64,000 bases of DNA from Candidatus Omnitrophota bacterium (GCA_022711115.1 JAKLFP010000006.1:86214-150213); one strand, 5' to 3'. Numbered from the stretch's first letter, positions 43,901 through 58,900 are shown. Notes: generated by a model from the letters alone, not told the origin. A program made the numbers and translations.

Positions 43901-46900
43901 GGAGCTTCCACGCTCAAGTTTGCCGTTTGAAGATCCGCCACTTGCCGCAAAGAAATCTTAACAACACCTTTTCCTGTCTCGATTACAAGCGGTTGGGACA
44001 ACGAAACCTCAAAAATTTGTCCGGCCAAAATCGCCACACCGCCTTTTGTGATCATCGAACCGTCCTTGATTAAAGGAATGGAAACCATCATCCTTTGCTG
44101 TTGTGAAGACAATGTATCGATCTGGACCCGGAAGATCCCGGGGCCGAAAACAAGTTTATGCCCGCGGGAAACGCGCATTGTCTCTGTGGTAAGGATAGTG
44201 GGCTTTTCCGGATTTCGCATTTCCGAACGATGCTTTTTTTCAATTCCTATTTCAGCATACAAAGGCTGCCCTGTGTCCTGGACTTTATGAAGATGAACAA
44301 TAATATCACCGACGGAAATGCTTTCTCCGGCAATCCGTCTGCCCTCTTGGATTACTTGGCCCTCCTTTAAAATTTGCAAAAAAGCGGCAGGCAGACTATC
44401 CCAACCATAACGACCGGGATAAGCTTCAACATCTACGGTCAAAGATAATCCATGGTCTAATTCGATAGTTTGCTGATCTTCAACACGTTTTAAGGATAGT
44501 TCTATTTCATTCGACACTTCAAGTTTTTGTCTTTGGGGACGGTTTTTATAAAGTTCTTTTATTCCTATCACGATCATCCCTAAGATCGCAGCCGGTGCAA
44601 CAATCCTGGCCAGAACAACCAGGGAATTGACCCAATCGATATCCATCCGCAATTCCGAGCGACGAAAATGAGGCGCTTCGTCCATTTCCGGGGCCAAAAG
44701 ATCTTGAGTTTGCTCCACCGCGGCCCTGACAACCGACATTTCATCAAGATAGCGGCGATAAGCGCGCGTGGTCACGGGATCGGCCGGCGATTCCTCGGAC
44801 AAAGATTCGATTTTCTTTTCCAGACCCTGAAGCCAGCTCGCCCATGCCGCAGAAGCCGCGTAGAGCCATCCCAGAGTTCTTACAAGATTTTCGACGTTTT
44901 CCGGTTTTGCGTTTTGACGGTCCGACAGAAGCCGTTCGGCCGCAGGATTGAATTTACGAACCAACGGATCCCGGATCTGGCTAAGCATGCTCGGTTGGTC
45001 CAGCCGGTTATCCTGGAGATGCCTTCCGATCTCTGTCTTGATCCTCACAGGGTCCGTGGAAGGATTCCCGTTGTGCGGCGCGAGCGCAAATAAAGCGTTG
45101 GAAACTTCTCGGAGCGCGGACAAAGCGTCGGCGTGAACCTGTTCCGGTAACAATTTATTTTGATAAATCTCTTCCAGACTCAACAGCCTGTCCATAAGAG
45201 ACGCGGTATTTGAACCGATAAAATCAAGCCCTTCCTCTCCGGCTACCGCCTCTTGTCCTTCTTTTTCAAGAAAACGCTGCGCTTCCCGTCTGCTCTGAAA
45301 GATCAAGGCCGTTTCATTTTCAATCCGCAACTCCGAGTGAGGCGTTTGGGAAGCCGTGTCCCCGCCCGTAAGCGAGAACAACCGCCCGCGCAACACCTCG
45401 AGCCGGCTCGATAAAACCTTCCGGCTACGTTCCAAATTTATCCGTTCTTGTAAAGAGGTTGCTTGGCGAAACTTTACAGCAAAAGATTTTGAGCTGGATT
45501 CCAAATTGGCGATCCTCAAACGAATCTCTTGTTCGTCAACTGGAATCCCCGGATCCGGATCTTCGGCACGCGCCTCCGACCGGGAGATCTTAGTCATGTC
45601 CGGAATATTCCCGAGCAGCTCTCCGACAGCACGGGCTATGCGAACCCGGGAATTGTTGGGATCATCACCGAAATTCCCGGCATTGCTCTGCACTATTCCG
45701 ATCAAGTCAGAGACAACTTCCGCTTGTTTACGGACAGCCTCGGGAAATCCTTCCGTGGAAATCACGTCGAACAGCCCGCCTTTATTTTCCGTAATAGCCA
45801 GGAAAAGTTCCTTCAGCTTTTCACGATCCCCTTTGAAATTTTCCTTGATGCCGGTCATGTCGGGATTAACGCTCCGGACCAAAAGCCTCAAAAGGATCTC
45901 GGCCTTGATTTCAGAAGTCAATGTCCGGTTGCTCATAATATCGTTCAGGACTTTTGCCCGCCGCTCCGCCTCAGAAAAACCCGTCATGGATTCAGGCAAT
46001 GATTCTCCGAGATTCAGAGCCTTGGATTTTTGTTCCTGCGCGTGAAACTCATAGGCCGAGGCCACGATCAGATCCAACCCACGCTGTGCCCGCCAAGCCA
46101 GTTTCCGCGTCGCCAATTCACTGCTGGCACGAAGAACATCCGGATCGCCCTGCCGGCGCGGACCGTAATCCACCACTAATTTGCCGCGCTCTGCCGCGGG
46201 AAGCACTTTCCTGAAACTTTCAACGATCTGATTATTGGAGGTTGGGGTTCCTGTCCCTAAGGTAAAGACTTCGCCTACTTTTTTATTCTCTGTCTTGGCT
46301 TGATAAGACAGTGACAAAGATTTCATAATCGCGTGACCAATGTCCAGAACATGGATATAATCCCGGATATTGGTGCCATCGGGCGTCTGATAATCTTTCC
46401 CAAAGATCTGGAACGGAACCTTTTCTTTTCCGTAAAGGAAATATTTGATGAGCCTCGGGATGAGGTGCGTCTCCGGACCGATATGCCCTTCCCCGACCCA
46501 CTCTCCGATCTCCTCCCAGTAAAACGCTCCTGCCAGATTGAAAAAACGCAGCGCCGCGAAATTAACGCCCTGCGCTTGATAGGCCTGCATCAGGCGTTCC
46601 ATCAGATATTTGGTCTCTCCGTAAGGGTTCATCGGTTTTGCCGGGATCTTTTCATCAAGCAATCCGTATTTATTGAAATTCTTTCCTTCAAAAACACCAG
46701 CGCTCGAGGCGAACGCCAGGGGGATCCCCAGTTCCTTCGCGACTTCTTCCACATCCAGCGTACCAACCACATTATTGTCAAAGTACGTCGCCGGAAAATT
46801 TCCGGAGACCCCAGCGGCAATGTAAGCCGCCAAATGAACAATGCTGTCCGCGTGATGTTCCATCGCGACCTGCTTCAAAAGATCGCGGCTTGCGATATTT

Positions 46901-49900
46901 CCTTCCACCACTGAAACTCTTCCAGGGTAGGCCGCCTGGACCTTCCGCAGATAGGCCTTCCGCTTGGGTGTGAGCATGTTGTCAAAAAGGACGACCCTGG
47001 ACCCGTTGGAAAGCGCTTCATACATGACCCCTGAGGCTACATAACCAAAACCTCCCGTGATCAAGACGGTCTTTCCTTCATGGATTTTAGGATCCACATT
47101 CGGAGCCACCGGGCTTTCGATCATGGATTTCTGCCAATTTAAAAAGTAGAGACGCTCGTCATCTTTAGGAAGGATCTCAAGTTCCCAGTTCTCTTTGATC
47201 AAAATTCCGCCGAGCTCATAAGATTTCTTGGAAGCCAGAAAGGCCGCGATCTTTTCAGGGATCCCTTTTTCCCGAAGTTTGCGTCCCAATTCTTCAGAAG
47301 ACATGTAAAAAGCTTCCTGGGCCGCGATCTCGACAGCGATATGATCGTCTTGCGTCACCTCCACGCCTCCGATGCTGCCAAGACTGGCCTGAAGACGTTT
47401 TTTCCAGTAATGAGACTGCGCCAGATACGAAGTAGCGACCGTTTCCACCACGGCTACGGCATCGGGCTTTTTGATCGGTTCGAAAGTATCTTCGCGCGTC
47501 AGCCCGACCAGAGGAGATTCCGGTCTGCGGGGCCTGTCATCGCTCGCACGTTCTAATTTTTTGACAGTTCTTGTATTCCCCTCGAAATCCACCTGCGGTT
47601 TGGTGTCAAGCCGCCACGGCGTTCGGCTGGACGCTTTGAGACTTTTTCTCCACAACACGCGAAAACTCGGGTCCCCCCACAGCACTGTGTCCTTAATGGC
47701 GTCCGTGGCGTTCCCGTAGCCGATATGGCGCCACTGCCCGTCGGAGGTTTTGATCTGGTTCCCAAGCCGGTCATCGCGATTATTTTTCTTCACAACACCC
47801 AATGCGATATGGGCTCGGTCATCCTGATTGCCGGGATTCCATGTCATTTGCCCGTAGCCGATCAATCGCTCATCCGCGATGGGGTTCAGCTGATTGTCCA
47901 CATTAAGGTACTGGACCACTTCAACGCCGAAGGAATCGAGAAAAGCGTTCACATCCTCCCGGAGAAGAACATCATCAAACGTATCCCCATGACCGGTTCC
48001 CCCTGTCGCGATCTCGCCGTTCTTGTTCAGAAAAGGCATTCCTGTTTTCGCGTCAAAAAGCGGCATCACGCCCTGTTGGGCGATAAAGATCCGGTCTTTC
48101 ATCCCGAACCACTGATTTTCCTCAAAGAACTGTATCGTTTTTTCATGGGTGATATCGCTTGTCATGATGATGACGGGAAAAGACGCGTCGTGACCGTAAT
48201 ATTTTGCTGCGGCCTGGATCTTCTTGATGATCCCGGCATAAAGCGGGAGCTGGCTCAAGGGTGTTCCGGGCAAAAATCCCTTGGGGTCAGGGCTCTTAAA
48301 CTCAGACCCCGAACCTCCGGCCGCCAGGACAAGCGCAAATCTTGATTTCCCGGGCATCGCCGGATCCGCCCGCAAAACTTTTTCCCGGGCCAGACGCTTT
48401 GCGGCGGCATCCTCCGCTGCTCCCGGTTCATGAACAGGAACGGTGAACGTTTCCGGAACTTCCGGCTTCGGCACTCCCGGCATCACAATCGTGTCCCGGA
48501 GTCGCTTGGCCTCTCTCCACAGAATTGTTTTAATCTGTCCGAGTATTTTTTTCTGCTGCTTTTCGCTTAAGGAATCCCACGGCGCCAGCAGGTGCTCCCA
48601 GCCGACTTCCTTGAGGCTTTTCATGGCCCAGGATGGGATTTCCGCGGCAACGCGTACTTCGGAACGTTTCTGCGAACCGCTTGCCGGAACAATCCCGCTA
48701 AGAATATCTTTTTCCCCCGCCGTCAGAACGGCATACGCTTGCGCGTGTTGTTCCGCAATGTCTCGCAAAACTTCTTCAGCGTAGTCTTCATCATCAACTT
48801 CCGGATCAAGACTTTGCATGACTTCTTTAAGAACGCTGGCGAATACTCTCGTGTTGAATTTCCCGTCGGCAAAAGTCTTCGGCAAAAGTTTCCCTTCCGC
48901 CAATTCCTCGGGAGAAAGGTCAAGTTTGGAGATCGCCTTTGCCGCGGCCTCTTCCATAACATGTAGTTTCAGGTCTTTCAGTGTCGGCACATCACGCAGC
49001 GCCCTGAAAATGGCCGGAAAACTGTAGCTGTTGTTCAAGGTGCTTCCCTGCGGGTATCCAAAAGCGCCTGTTGCGATAAAACGGATGTTCGGCATTTTTT
49101 TGAGTTCTGCCGGGTCCGCTTCGGGAGTCGGGTTCGAGCCCATAAAAGCACTGGCCTGGTCCTTCATGCCAGAAAAGATCGATTCCTTGCCCCACAAAAA
49201 CCCAGGCTCGGATAATCCTATAAAAGCATCCGCCCCTTGCAGTCCTTCCGCCAAACGCCCCTGATCGATCAAAGAAAGGACTATTTGGTTAATCTCGGGC
49301 ATAAGATCGCCGTATTTTTCGCTGAGAAATCCCGCGATGTTCTCCGGCAAACGGCCTTGTTTCTGCAGGGCCTCCATCGCGGCCAATCTTTCTGCCGCGG
49401 CATGGGCAACATGCTTTTTATCTCCTCCCTGCTCGACTTCGGCTAAAGCCAGTTCATGGGCCTTCGCAACCGAAAACTCCAGGCTTCCTTTAAATCCCTG
49501 AATGTTCAAAGCCGCCAGGTCATTTTTATGCTCTTCAAAGATTCCTTTTCGGCCCGAATAAAGAGGGCCCTTGGTGTCGTATACGATAATATTGCCACCC
49601 CCTGTTTTATCCATACCGAAACCGAGACGTTTCAGGAGAAGTGCTGTCGCGGTGGCAGAGGCCCCGGCGCCGGCGATCACCACTTTCATTTTAGAAATAT
49701 CACGGTTGGTTTCTTTCGCGGCCCGTAGAAGAGCTCCCGCAAAAACCATCGCGGTCCCGTGCTGATCGTCATGAATGGTCGTGATCCCTGTTTCGTTCAG
49801 TTCTCTTTCCAGCGGAAAACAGACCGGCGACCCGATATCCTCCAGCATCACCACAACCTCAAGTCCTTCCTCCTCGCGAACCTTGGTGACATAAGCCTGG

Positions 49901-52900
49901 ACTTGCTGTTTGATCTTTTCCTTAATCTCAAACGCTATTCGTTTTTTCGCCCCGGGATCTTTTTCTGCCTTGTATTTGAGCCACATGTCCCGCGTATCCA
50001 CAAACGCGATGTCCACGTTCACGCCGCCGAACCACTTCAGCAAAATCCTTTTCCCTTCCGATACCGCGCGCATCACGGCCGGCCACTGCAGTCCGATCCC
50101 AAGCACCGCGGAAGCGTCCGAAAAAATCACGATCTTTCTTTTTTGAGCCGGGAAAGACAAAGGCTTTTTGCCGTAAAGCGGCGTTTCAAGGTCCAGGCCT
50201 TTTTTCAGCGCGTCCGCGATCGCTTCACAAACGGCTCCCACGCCGGGGGTATAAACCGTCTTCATCGCTTCGATCACATCGACCGGGACAATGCCGTGCT
50301 TAAAAAATATGTCGATGAGTTTTTTGTAAGTCTGATATTCCGATGGGATCGCCGCCGGCAAGCTGTCCTCAGATGTCTCCCGAACTTCAGACCGGGGTCT
50401 GCTTTCCATACTAACCGCTACTTTGCAATTATTTGTGTCGGCCCGGGTCCTTACGCGGACATTTTCCCATCCCAATCGGGTAAGGTTTTTGAATGGAATA
50501 TCAAAGACAACCCAAGTTGTCCGATTTGAATCTACAATAAGCGAAGCTTCTTCTATCAATGCGTGGATATCTCCGTAGATATCAGCAGGCCTTTTCCCGG
50601 AAGGATCCACGTATAACCGCATAGGGATCCGGATCCGATCGTCCGGCTCAATGAGTTCGACTTGAAGTTGTTTGTGATCCTTAAAGAAGGATTGCTTAAC
50701 AAAAATATTGACGGCTTTGTCGTTTGTTTCGACGAAACCCGGAACCAAAAGGCTGATATCCTGTGCGGGTAAATGCCATTGGGGGCCTATGAAATCTCCC
50801 AGCGGCTCCCGAAAACTCCATGCCGTCAGCGCAAGAATTAACAACGCCATAGCCATACTTAGGTTTAAGAAAATAGCCCGTGAACTTAGGTTTGGATTCC
50901 ACCAGCGCCTTATCTGGGTGTCTGTGCGTGAAGCTTCTGGGATGGCAGCAACAGAACCGCCTTTCGGGGGCATGGTTCGTATTTCGGAACGGCGTCCAAA
51001 AGCTTTGGTAAGCGCTTCGGCAAGGGCTTTCGGATTGTCCCATGGAGCAAGATGTAATGAGGAATCTTTTTTGGGGTTTTTAAAAACAATTTTTTTCTGG
51101 AAAGGTTCAAGGCTTCGTTTTTCTCCTGACTGTATGACAGACACTTGTTTTGAGTTCAATCCAAGCGCCCGCTGTAATGTTAAAACAAGGTCTTCCGGAC
51201 TTTGCACAAAATCCAACGGGGCCATGTCAATGCCCACCCAAATACCGTTTCCAGCCTGATGAAAAGTTACCTCATACCCAAGTACTTTTGCCGTCTCACC
51301 CCGCATTTCGGAACGGCCCAGGTTTTGGCTTGGATCTGTTCTACCATTTGCGCGCTGATGAACGTTGATGATCGTTTGGGCGATCTCCATGGAGTTCATA
51401 ACAAAACCGTCTTTCATCACCGGTTTTACATTTTCGGTAACAAACTCCGAGGGACCCTGAGCGTAAACAAGCAACTGGCCGTCTTCGCTCTCAATAACAT
51501 GAATCCCATTCGGCAATGTCCTTCCCATACCTTGGATCAATCCTGCGAGCTGTTTTGCCGAGAAAACCGTGGTGTAATCACCGATGACCGCCGCAAGAGA
51601 TGTCGGATCTTTCCGGCTAGCGGCCCTCACTTCAGCCCGTTGAATGGCAGCAATTGCATTTTTTGCACTTAGGTGAACGGATGGATCTGAATCATTCAGC
51701 GCTGAGTAGAGCGCTGAAAGCGCTGGTTGGGCCTGGGGACCAATTTCCCCAAGTGTGATAATGGTCTGCTCACGAATCTCCGGAGAAGGGTCCCTCAATT
51801 GGGGCATTAACTGCCAAACTGCATCGCCCGCCTCAGAACCCAAGGCGCCAATAGCGGCAATGGCCTTTAAACGCACCTCTTTTTCCGGGTCGCCGATTAA
51901 ATGAAGCCAATCACTCACATTTTTCGGCATAGCCGTTTCAGACGTACTCCTCATTTCAGAGCGATTGTCCGCGGGATGTTTTCCTTCGAAGTGTGATGGT
52001 TTTTTGACAAAGGTGACTTTAGCGGTTGTCCCTTTAGGATAAGGATGTTTCAGGGTTTCGGGATTTTTTAAATCAACTGCTTTATGGCCGGGAGATGGAA
52101 TGATGCTGGCAATGTATTCACCGCCGCCTAGATTTTCACGTACCTCAACGGCTCGCTTGATAGCCTTGAGCGTCATGGTTGCCTCAAGTTTATAGATTTT
52201 AAAATGAAGGGCGTCGTCAGCTTTCACTTCCGTTAGCCCTTTGACCTTCGTCCTCATCTCGGACCTGGCAGAACGGCTTTTCAGGGTATCTATTTTTCTT
52301 TGACCCTCTTGATCTTCCGGTTGGATATAGCGGTGCAGAAAATGCCAAAGAAGAGATTCAGGAGTGAGAAGCGACTGGTCCCAAACCGGCATGTCTTTAA
52401 AAATCGTCTTGAATCGTTTCAGGACGTTGAATACAAAATCATTCTGCTTTCTCTGGAATTGCTGGGCATAGGCGATTTCGATTAACGGCCCCAAAAAACG
52501 GTTAAGAAACGGCAGTTCATAAGCAAGTTGTGTATTAATGGAACGATGCGCTTTTTTCATGGTTTTAAAGCTACGTTCCGTTTCTTCGAATCTCATCTTT
52601 TGCCATCTCCGGATCACCTCGGCAACCGTATGCTCCGGTCCCACCACCAAACTTGCGAGGATATCCCGCATCAAGCGGATGTCATAACCTGTCAGGATAT
52701 TATTGCCGTAAAGCAGCATATCAGGACTTGTATAAAGAAAGATCCCATAATGTGTTTCTTCAGGTTTCAAAACGGCCAACAACTCATCACTCAAAGCTTC
52801 AACCCCTGTCACAATCAAGGTCTCGTCCGGCGCAAGCTGCAAAAGCTGTTTTTCTCCTCGGTCGTCTTTAACGCGGATTTTCTTCCCGTCCAAAGCATTA

Positions 52901-55900
52901 CGGACATCCCACGGATTGGCAAATTCAAGGTCCAAATGTTTCAGCTTAAGACCTGCTTGAGCGAGCATTTCAGAGAGCTCTTCGGTGATTCCATGTTTGC
53001 CCGAAGCGCGCATGCCACCGATCAAGATCACCTTGGGTTTTTTCTCAAGGATCTCACGGATAACCTCCTCGGTCTGTTGCTTTTTGGATCGATCCACCTT
53101 TTCGACCAATGCTTTTCTTTCCTCTTCGGTTTTGATCGCTCGAAGTTCGTCGAGAGTTTCGGGCAGAAGTTCCAGGCTCATGCCTTCAAGGTCATAAGGT
53201 TTTTGGCCCTCAAGTTTTTTCGCCCATGCTTCGGGATGGCGCGCCAATTCCGCATTCATAATACGGATGACGGCCAAAATAAAGGCTGCTTTTCGAAGAC
53301 TTATTTTTTTCGCGTCGGCAATACGAACAACATTGTTAAAAGCGCTGATAATTTTATCTTCCATAATGCGGTTCACGGCATCTTCCGGCCATTGTTCACG
53401 AACAAGGTTCTGCCGCCATTCCAGGTAAGAAACGATCACGCCGCCCGCATTGGCAACCACATCCGGAACAACGATGACACCTTTTTGCTTCAAAATTCCG
53501 TCGGTTTCCTTGTTTTTGATCGGTCCGTTGGCTGCTTCAATCACCAATTTGACCCGGAGCAAACGGGCAATGCGTTCATCAATGGTATTTTCGAGTGCGG
53601 CAGGCACTAGGGTATGAACCTCGCTGGCCCAAAATTCTTCCTCGGAGATCACTTTCACTTCTTCGGGGTATTCTTTTGCATAATCCAAAATGGTTTTCCT
53701 GGGAAGCATGTTGCCGGCCGCGTCTTTCCTGGGTGCCAGGAATTCCAGAATCTTGGGAATGTTCAAACGTTCACCGGTTTTGGTCGCAATAGCGCCTTCT
53801 TTTTCTTTCACGGCCATAATCCTTGCTCCATTTTCATGAAAGATTTGCGCGCCATGCCCGCCCACATTGCCGAGTCCTTCAAACGCAACGGTTTGTTTTT
53901 CTATCTCTGTCCCGATGCCGAGCCGGGCTCCAAAAACTTTGACTGCTTCGCGCCAGACAAAAAACACCCCACGGCCTGTTGCTGCAGTCCGACCATGTGA
54001 ACCGCCTTTTTTCTCGGGCTTGGCGGTCACCACAGCAATGGGAGATCCTTCTACCATTGGAATTTTATGCTTTTCAGGATTTGCTAAATACGCGTCTAAA
54101 TAGGGTGTGTCGACATCTTTGGAATTGCTTAGTTTCCACCGAAATTCGATTGTTTTTTTGAATAATTTGTCATGCTTAATCTTTAAAAATTCATCTGCCA
54201 TCCATGCCATTTCCTTTTCTCCAGTGCCGACATCCGGAGCCGGAATATCATTCAAAGGACCGATCGCATCGGCATCTTTGGCAAGCAAAGCCTTCACATA
54301 ACCTCGAGTCAATCGTGCGAGCTCGCCTTCTGAAAGCTCGCGCGGATTCACGGCAATGCCTCCCTTGCCCCCTCCGTAAGGAAGCCCTGTGATGGCATTT
54401 TTGATGCTCATCCACATGGAAAGAGCCTGCACATCCTCAAGATCGACATTCGATTTATAGCGCACACCGCCTTTTCCCGCCCCCCGCGCATCATTGTGAT
54501 AGACGCGATAGCCTTTAAAGATCTTTGTGGTGCCATTATCCATACGCACCGGAATATTTACTTCAAGGATACGATAAAAGCTGAGGAGCCATTCAAGAAG
54601 TTGGGGATCAAGGTGGATCAGCTCTGCGACCTCCGAAACCTGACGCTTTGCATTATCAAGGGCCACCTGACCTTCGGATGCTTTTGCCTGTGCTTCTTTT
54701 TCTGCTCGCACTTCGGACCGTCCTTCAAGTTGGCCGGGCATGTCGGCCATCAAAATTCCCTCGTCATCTGACAGCAACGTCTGCTGACCGCCAGGCGCTA
54801 CATAGCGCGACACCGGCCTGCTGAGTTTTTTTCCTCCGCTGAAATTCAGGAAAGCGATCGGTTTCCGGTTGAATTTTTCAGAAAGTTTGGAAGCCCAAAA
54901 ATCAGCGCTAAACTGATCCGTTCCGGCCACTACCAAAATCTGGTCTGCTTCTGATAATTCGTTAAATAACCTGTCGGGAGGTGAAGTGATGTCGATGGCC
55001 CATTCACTCTCATTGCAGATGAGCAGTGCCAGTTTGAATTTTTGATTCAATAAAATGATTCGCGATTCTTGGTTATGAGCGTATTTCTTGAATTCTGTTT
55101 TTTGAACTCGACCCGTTCCATCGGAAAGGAAAAAGACATAGAAAGCCCTTAAGTACTCCAGCCCTTCGGGAGGGATCCTCTCCAAACCGTAGCCGACCGA
55201 AATTCCAAGACGCCGGACCGTTTCTGAGAGAATTCTTTCTCTTTCTTTTTCGCGTTCCGGAGTGTAGCTGTTCCAACCCACAACTTCATCCGGGCTTTCA
55301 GGGAAAACAACAAGATCGGGGGCATTTGTTCCGAATTTATCTTTGAGCCCTTGCAGAATCCCCGCCATTCTGGCTGTGCTCGCATCAAAATCATTTTCCT
55401 TCATTTGGACCCAAGCGATCCTTGGAGCGTCACTTTTTGCCTTTTCGTCAAGCCACACAATCTGTGCGGGTAACGCTTCTTCTTTTTTTCTCACTTCGGA
55501 ACGAGAAGAAACTTCGGGCGGCTGTTCTTCAAAAAGAAGATCAAGGGCCAACTGACCTTCTTGACCATAACCTTTCTGCCGAAACAGATCTTCTAAGCGA
55601 GGGCGTTGTACGAGGTCGCTGAAATCCGCATCTTCGGAAATTTGGTCTTGTATGGTCTTGCGAAGCAATTCCAGAATCCTTCCCGCGGATGAATAATCAG
55701 AACCACGTTGAGTCTTACGAATAAGAGAATCTGTTAACGCCGTAAAAATATTAGCGAGAAAAATAGTGTCTCGAGCTTCCTGAGAGATATTGGCAGGAAC
55801 ACGGCTGGCTGGTTTTTGATCCTGCATTTTTGCCCTCGCAATAGCACTTTGAATCCAGTCCATGACCGTTTTCTTGGTTTTGTTTTCAGTCCTCACTTCA

Positions 55901-58900
55901 GAACGAACTGTGGCAGAAACCGTCATCTTTTCAAGAAGCTTTTGAGGTACAGGACGGCCCTCCTCAAAAAAATTGGCTGTCGCCCAATCATAAATGGCAC
56001 CCCCTACGGATTTTTGGGCTTGGAAAAAGTTTTCTTCTTTATTGCCGGGAAATTTTGATAACGTTTCGCCGGCTACCTTTAAAAACTCACTTTCAAGAAA
56101 TGTTTGCATCTCCTTTTTTCGCTTGGATAAATCCTGAAAAAATTTTCTTTCTTCTGCACTTGCGGTTTCTTCTATGTTTTTGGGGCGTTCAAGGAGTCTT
56201 TCGATAAAAAGCTTGGCGTAGAATTGCGCCATTTCGAGGTTAATCTTGTCCCATTTTAAATTTTTAAGCTCTTCGAGGGCTTTCTGCGCTTGCTGCCCCG
56301 CCGTCGTCAAAGCATCTTTTTTGGATAGGGCCAATTTTTGCCAATATTCGGAAGGCATACTCGCGATCATTTCGGGCGTTAGGTCATCCGCGCGAGTTGC
56401 GTTTTTGATTTTTTCCCAAGCAGCTTCGTTTTGTGCTAGGAATGCAGCTTCAGCTTCTCTTTTTTCAGCTTCAACGGCTTCCAGCTCTTCGATCTCCTTG
56501 TTTGTCACATCGAGTAAGAGGCGGCTCTTTTTCTCTAGAGCTTTTTGTTTTAACTCAGGAGTCGGCAACGCTTCGATGATTTCTTTTGTGATTTCTCCTG
56601 GCTCTGTTGCGTTCTGAACTACGGTGAGAGCATTCTTTACAGCCTGTCGCTTATTTTGCTCAACAACGCGCATGTAGTCTGTTTGAACCTGACCCATTTG
56701 CTTTGCTGTCCTGGTTTCTCCTTCTTGCATCAGTTTGGCTGTCGCTAATGCCTTTTTTTTAGCCCTTGCTAATTCCTGCCAATATCCGGATGGCATCCTT
56801 GCGATCATGGCTGGGGTGATGCTTTTGCTGCTTGTGGCTGTCCGGATGGTTTCCCAAACTTTTTTATTTTTTTCTGCTTGGACATCACCGGATCTCCGGA
56901 CTTCAGCTTCTTCAGATTCCATCTTCGAAATTTCCGCAGCTGTTATCTCCGAGAAAAGACGGCTTTTTGTCGCGATGGCTTCCTGTTTCAACGCCTGCGT
57001 CGGCAGTGCGTCGATAATTTCTTGCGTGATTTCTCCGGGCTCCATGGCACGCCGCACTACTTCTAAGGCATTTTGGATGATTTGCCGATCGTGCGCCTGA
57101 AGTTCGCGAGTCTGTTGCTCAAGCAAGGCTGTCTGACGAGCTTCACCGGCCGCTATGACTTTCCCCCATGACAATTGAGAAGCTTTTATTGCCGCTTTTT
57201 GGGCCTTTTGAACAGCAGCTTCTTTTGCAGCTTTTTCATCGGCCTTTTTCTTCGGTAAGGCAGCTCCCTGGGCAAGTTTCGACTTTTGAGCTGCTTCTTT
57301 GGATTTCTGAGTTTCTTGTTTCTCCCTTTCTTTTTGTTCCTTGGCCAACAAAGTAGCTATCTTCAAGGCTTCTGCCTTTTGAGCCGCCTCCTTGGCTTTT
57401 TGAGCCGCTTTTTCTTCCTCTTCTCTTTGTTTTTTTTCTAAAGCAGCTATTTTCGCAGCTTCTGATTTTTGAGCTGCTCTTTCTTCTTTTTCTTTTTCCT
57501 TTTTTTCAAGAGCGGCTAATTGGGCTTCGGACAAGCTTGGCTTTGCCGGTCGCGAAGTAATAATCTTTGGCTCTCTCCTTTGAGCCCGTTCAACCAAATA
57601 AGTTTTAAGAACCTCGCTTTCGGGATACATCTGCTGCAACTGGGTCATGGCACCATGGATCTGCTCCATGGTTCCCGTTTTTTGGATCTGGCGCACGCGG
57701 GCTTCTACTGCATTCCGAACGGTTTGAATATACATGTCCCTGTCACGCCGCTGCCTTTGTTTGATCTGTTGCAGATCCAAAAGTTTTTCGGCTGTCTTTT
57801 TTAAATCAGGATGTTTCGCGACCCACTGAGCCAATGCTTCTTGGAAGCGCCGGCCAATAAACACATTTCTTTTGCCAAAAAAAACATCCGCATTCCCTTT
57901 CCCATAGATTTGATTGATCTTCCGTCCGATACTTGTTGTTTCGATGACGCGCAGTTCGTTGGCGAGTATTTCAAGAGGAACGGGCATATTTTTGAATTGC
58001 GGGTTTCCATAATCGCGGATTCTTTTCAAAGCGCTATCCACTAATTCTGTGAAATCTTTATTTTCACTCGGAAGATGCAGTCCCCAAACTCCCATCTCCC
58101 TGAAATCCACTTCAAAACGGTGGATCGTGGAAGCTACAATCCCCGTTGTTTTTTCAAGGGCTTCCTTCAAACGAAGAAGCGTCAGCTTTTGATCTTTCGC
58201 GAGTTCTTTTTCGAGGTCTTCGACAGTCTTTATCACGGTATCGAACGTCAGCGTGACATGGCCGAGATTGACCTTTGTTTCCTTTGCTTTCTTTGCTCTT
58301 ACCTCGGAGCGAGAATGCGAAAGAAAAAGTTCCTGGATAGCCGACTTCTGATAATTCATGTCGGCGGGCCAGTCCTTTCCAAGAACGCCGTGGGCCCATT
58401 CGTGAAGATCCGCAAGAATATCCAAGAAAAATGCTTCTTTGGGATGGAGATCCGCAAGCTCGTGCGCGTAACCGATAATAGAAAACCGTTTGAGTGAATC
58501 AAGAAAAGTCAGTGCGCCATGAAAATTTGTATCCGCCGTACCGGCCTCAAGCGCCAAAAAAAGATCTTCCGATTCCTGGATCAATCGCTCAAGAAGTGGC
58601 CGCCAAATTTGATGCGCGGGAGTAGAGCTCGAGAGATTCCATTGTTGCAGGACCTTTACAAGTCGATTGTTGGTCCGGTCTAAAAGGCTCTTCAGCTCCT
58701 TGATGGATTTTTCATCCGCAGGCGAAAAAGAAATATTCCTGGAAAAAACAACCCCATAGAAATTTTTATCCGGTATCGGAGAAATCCCAGGGACATGCTG
58801 CCTGGTGAACATATCCAATGCCTCAAGCCATAAACCTGAAAGCTGATAATAAACTGCTCCAAAATGCGCCAAAAGCACGTCACCCTCTTTGGCATTCCCT

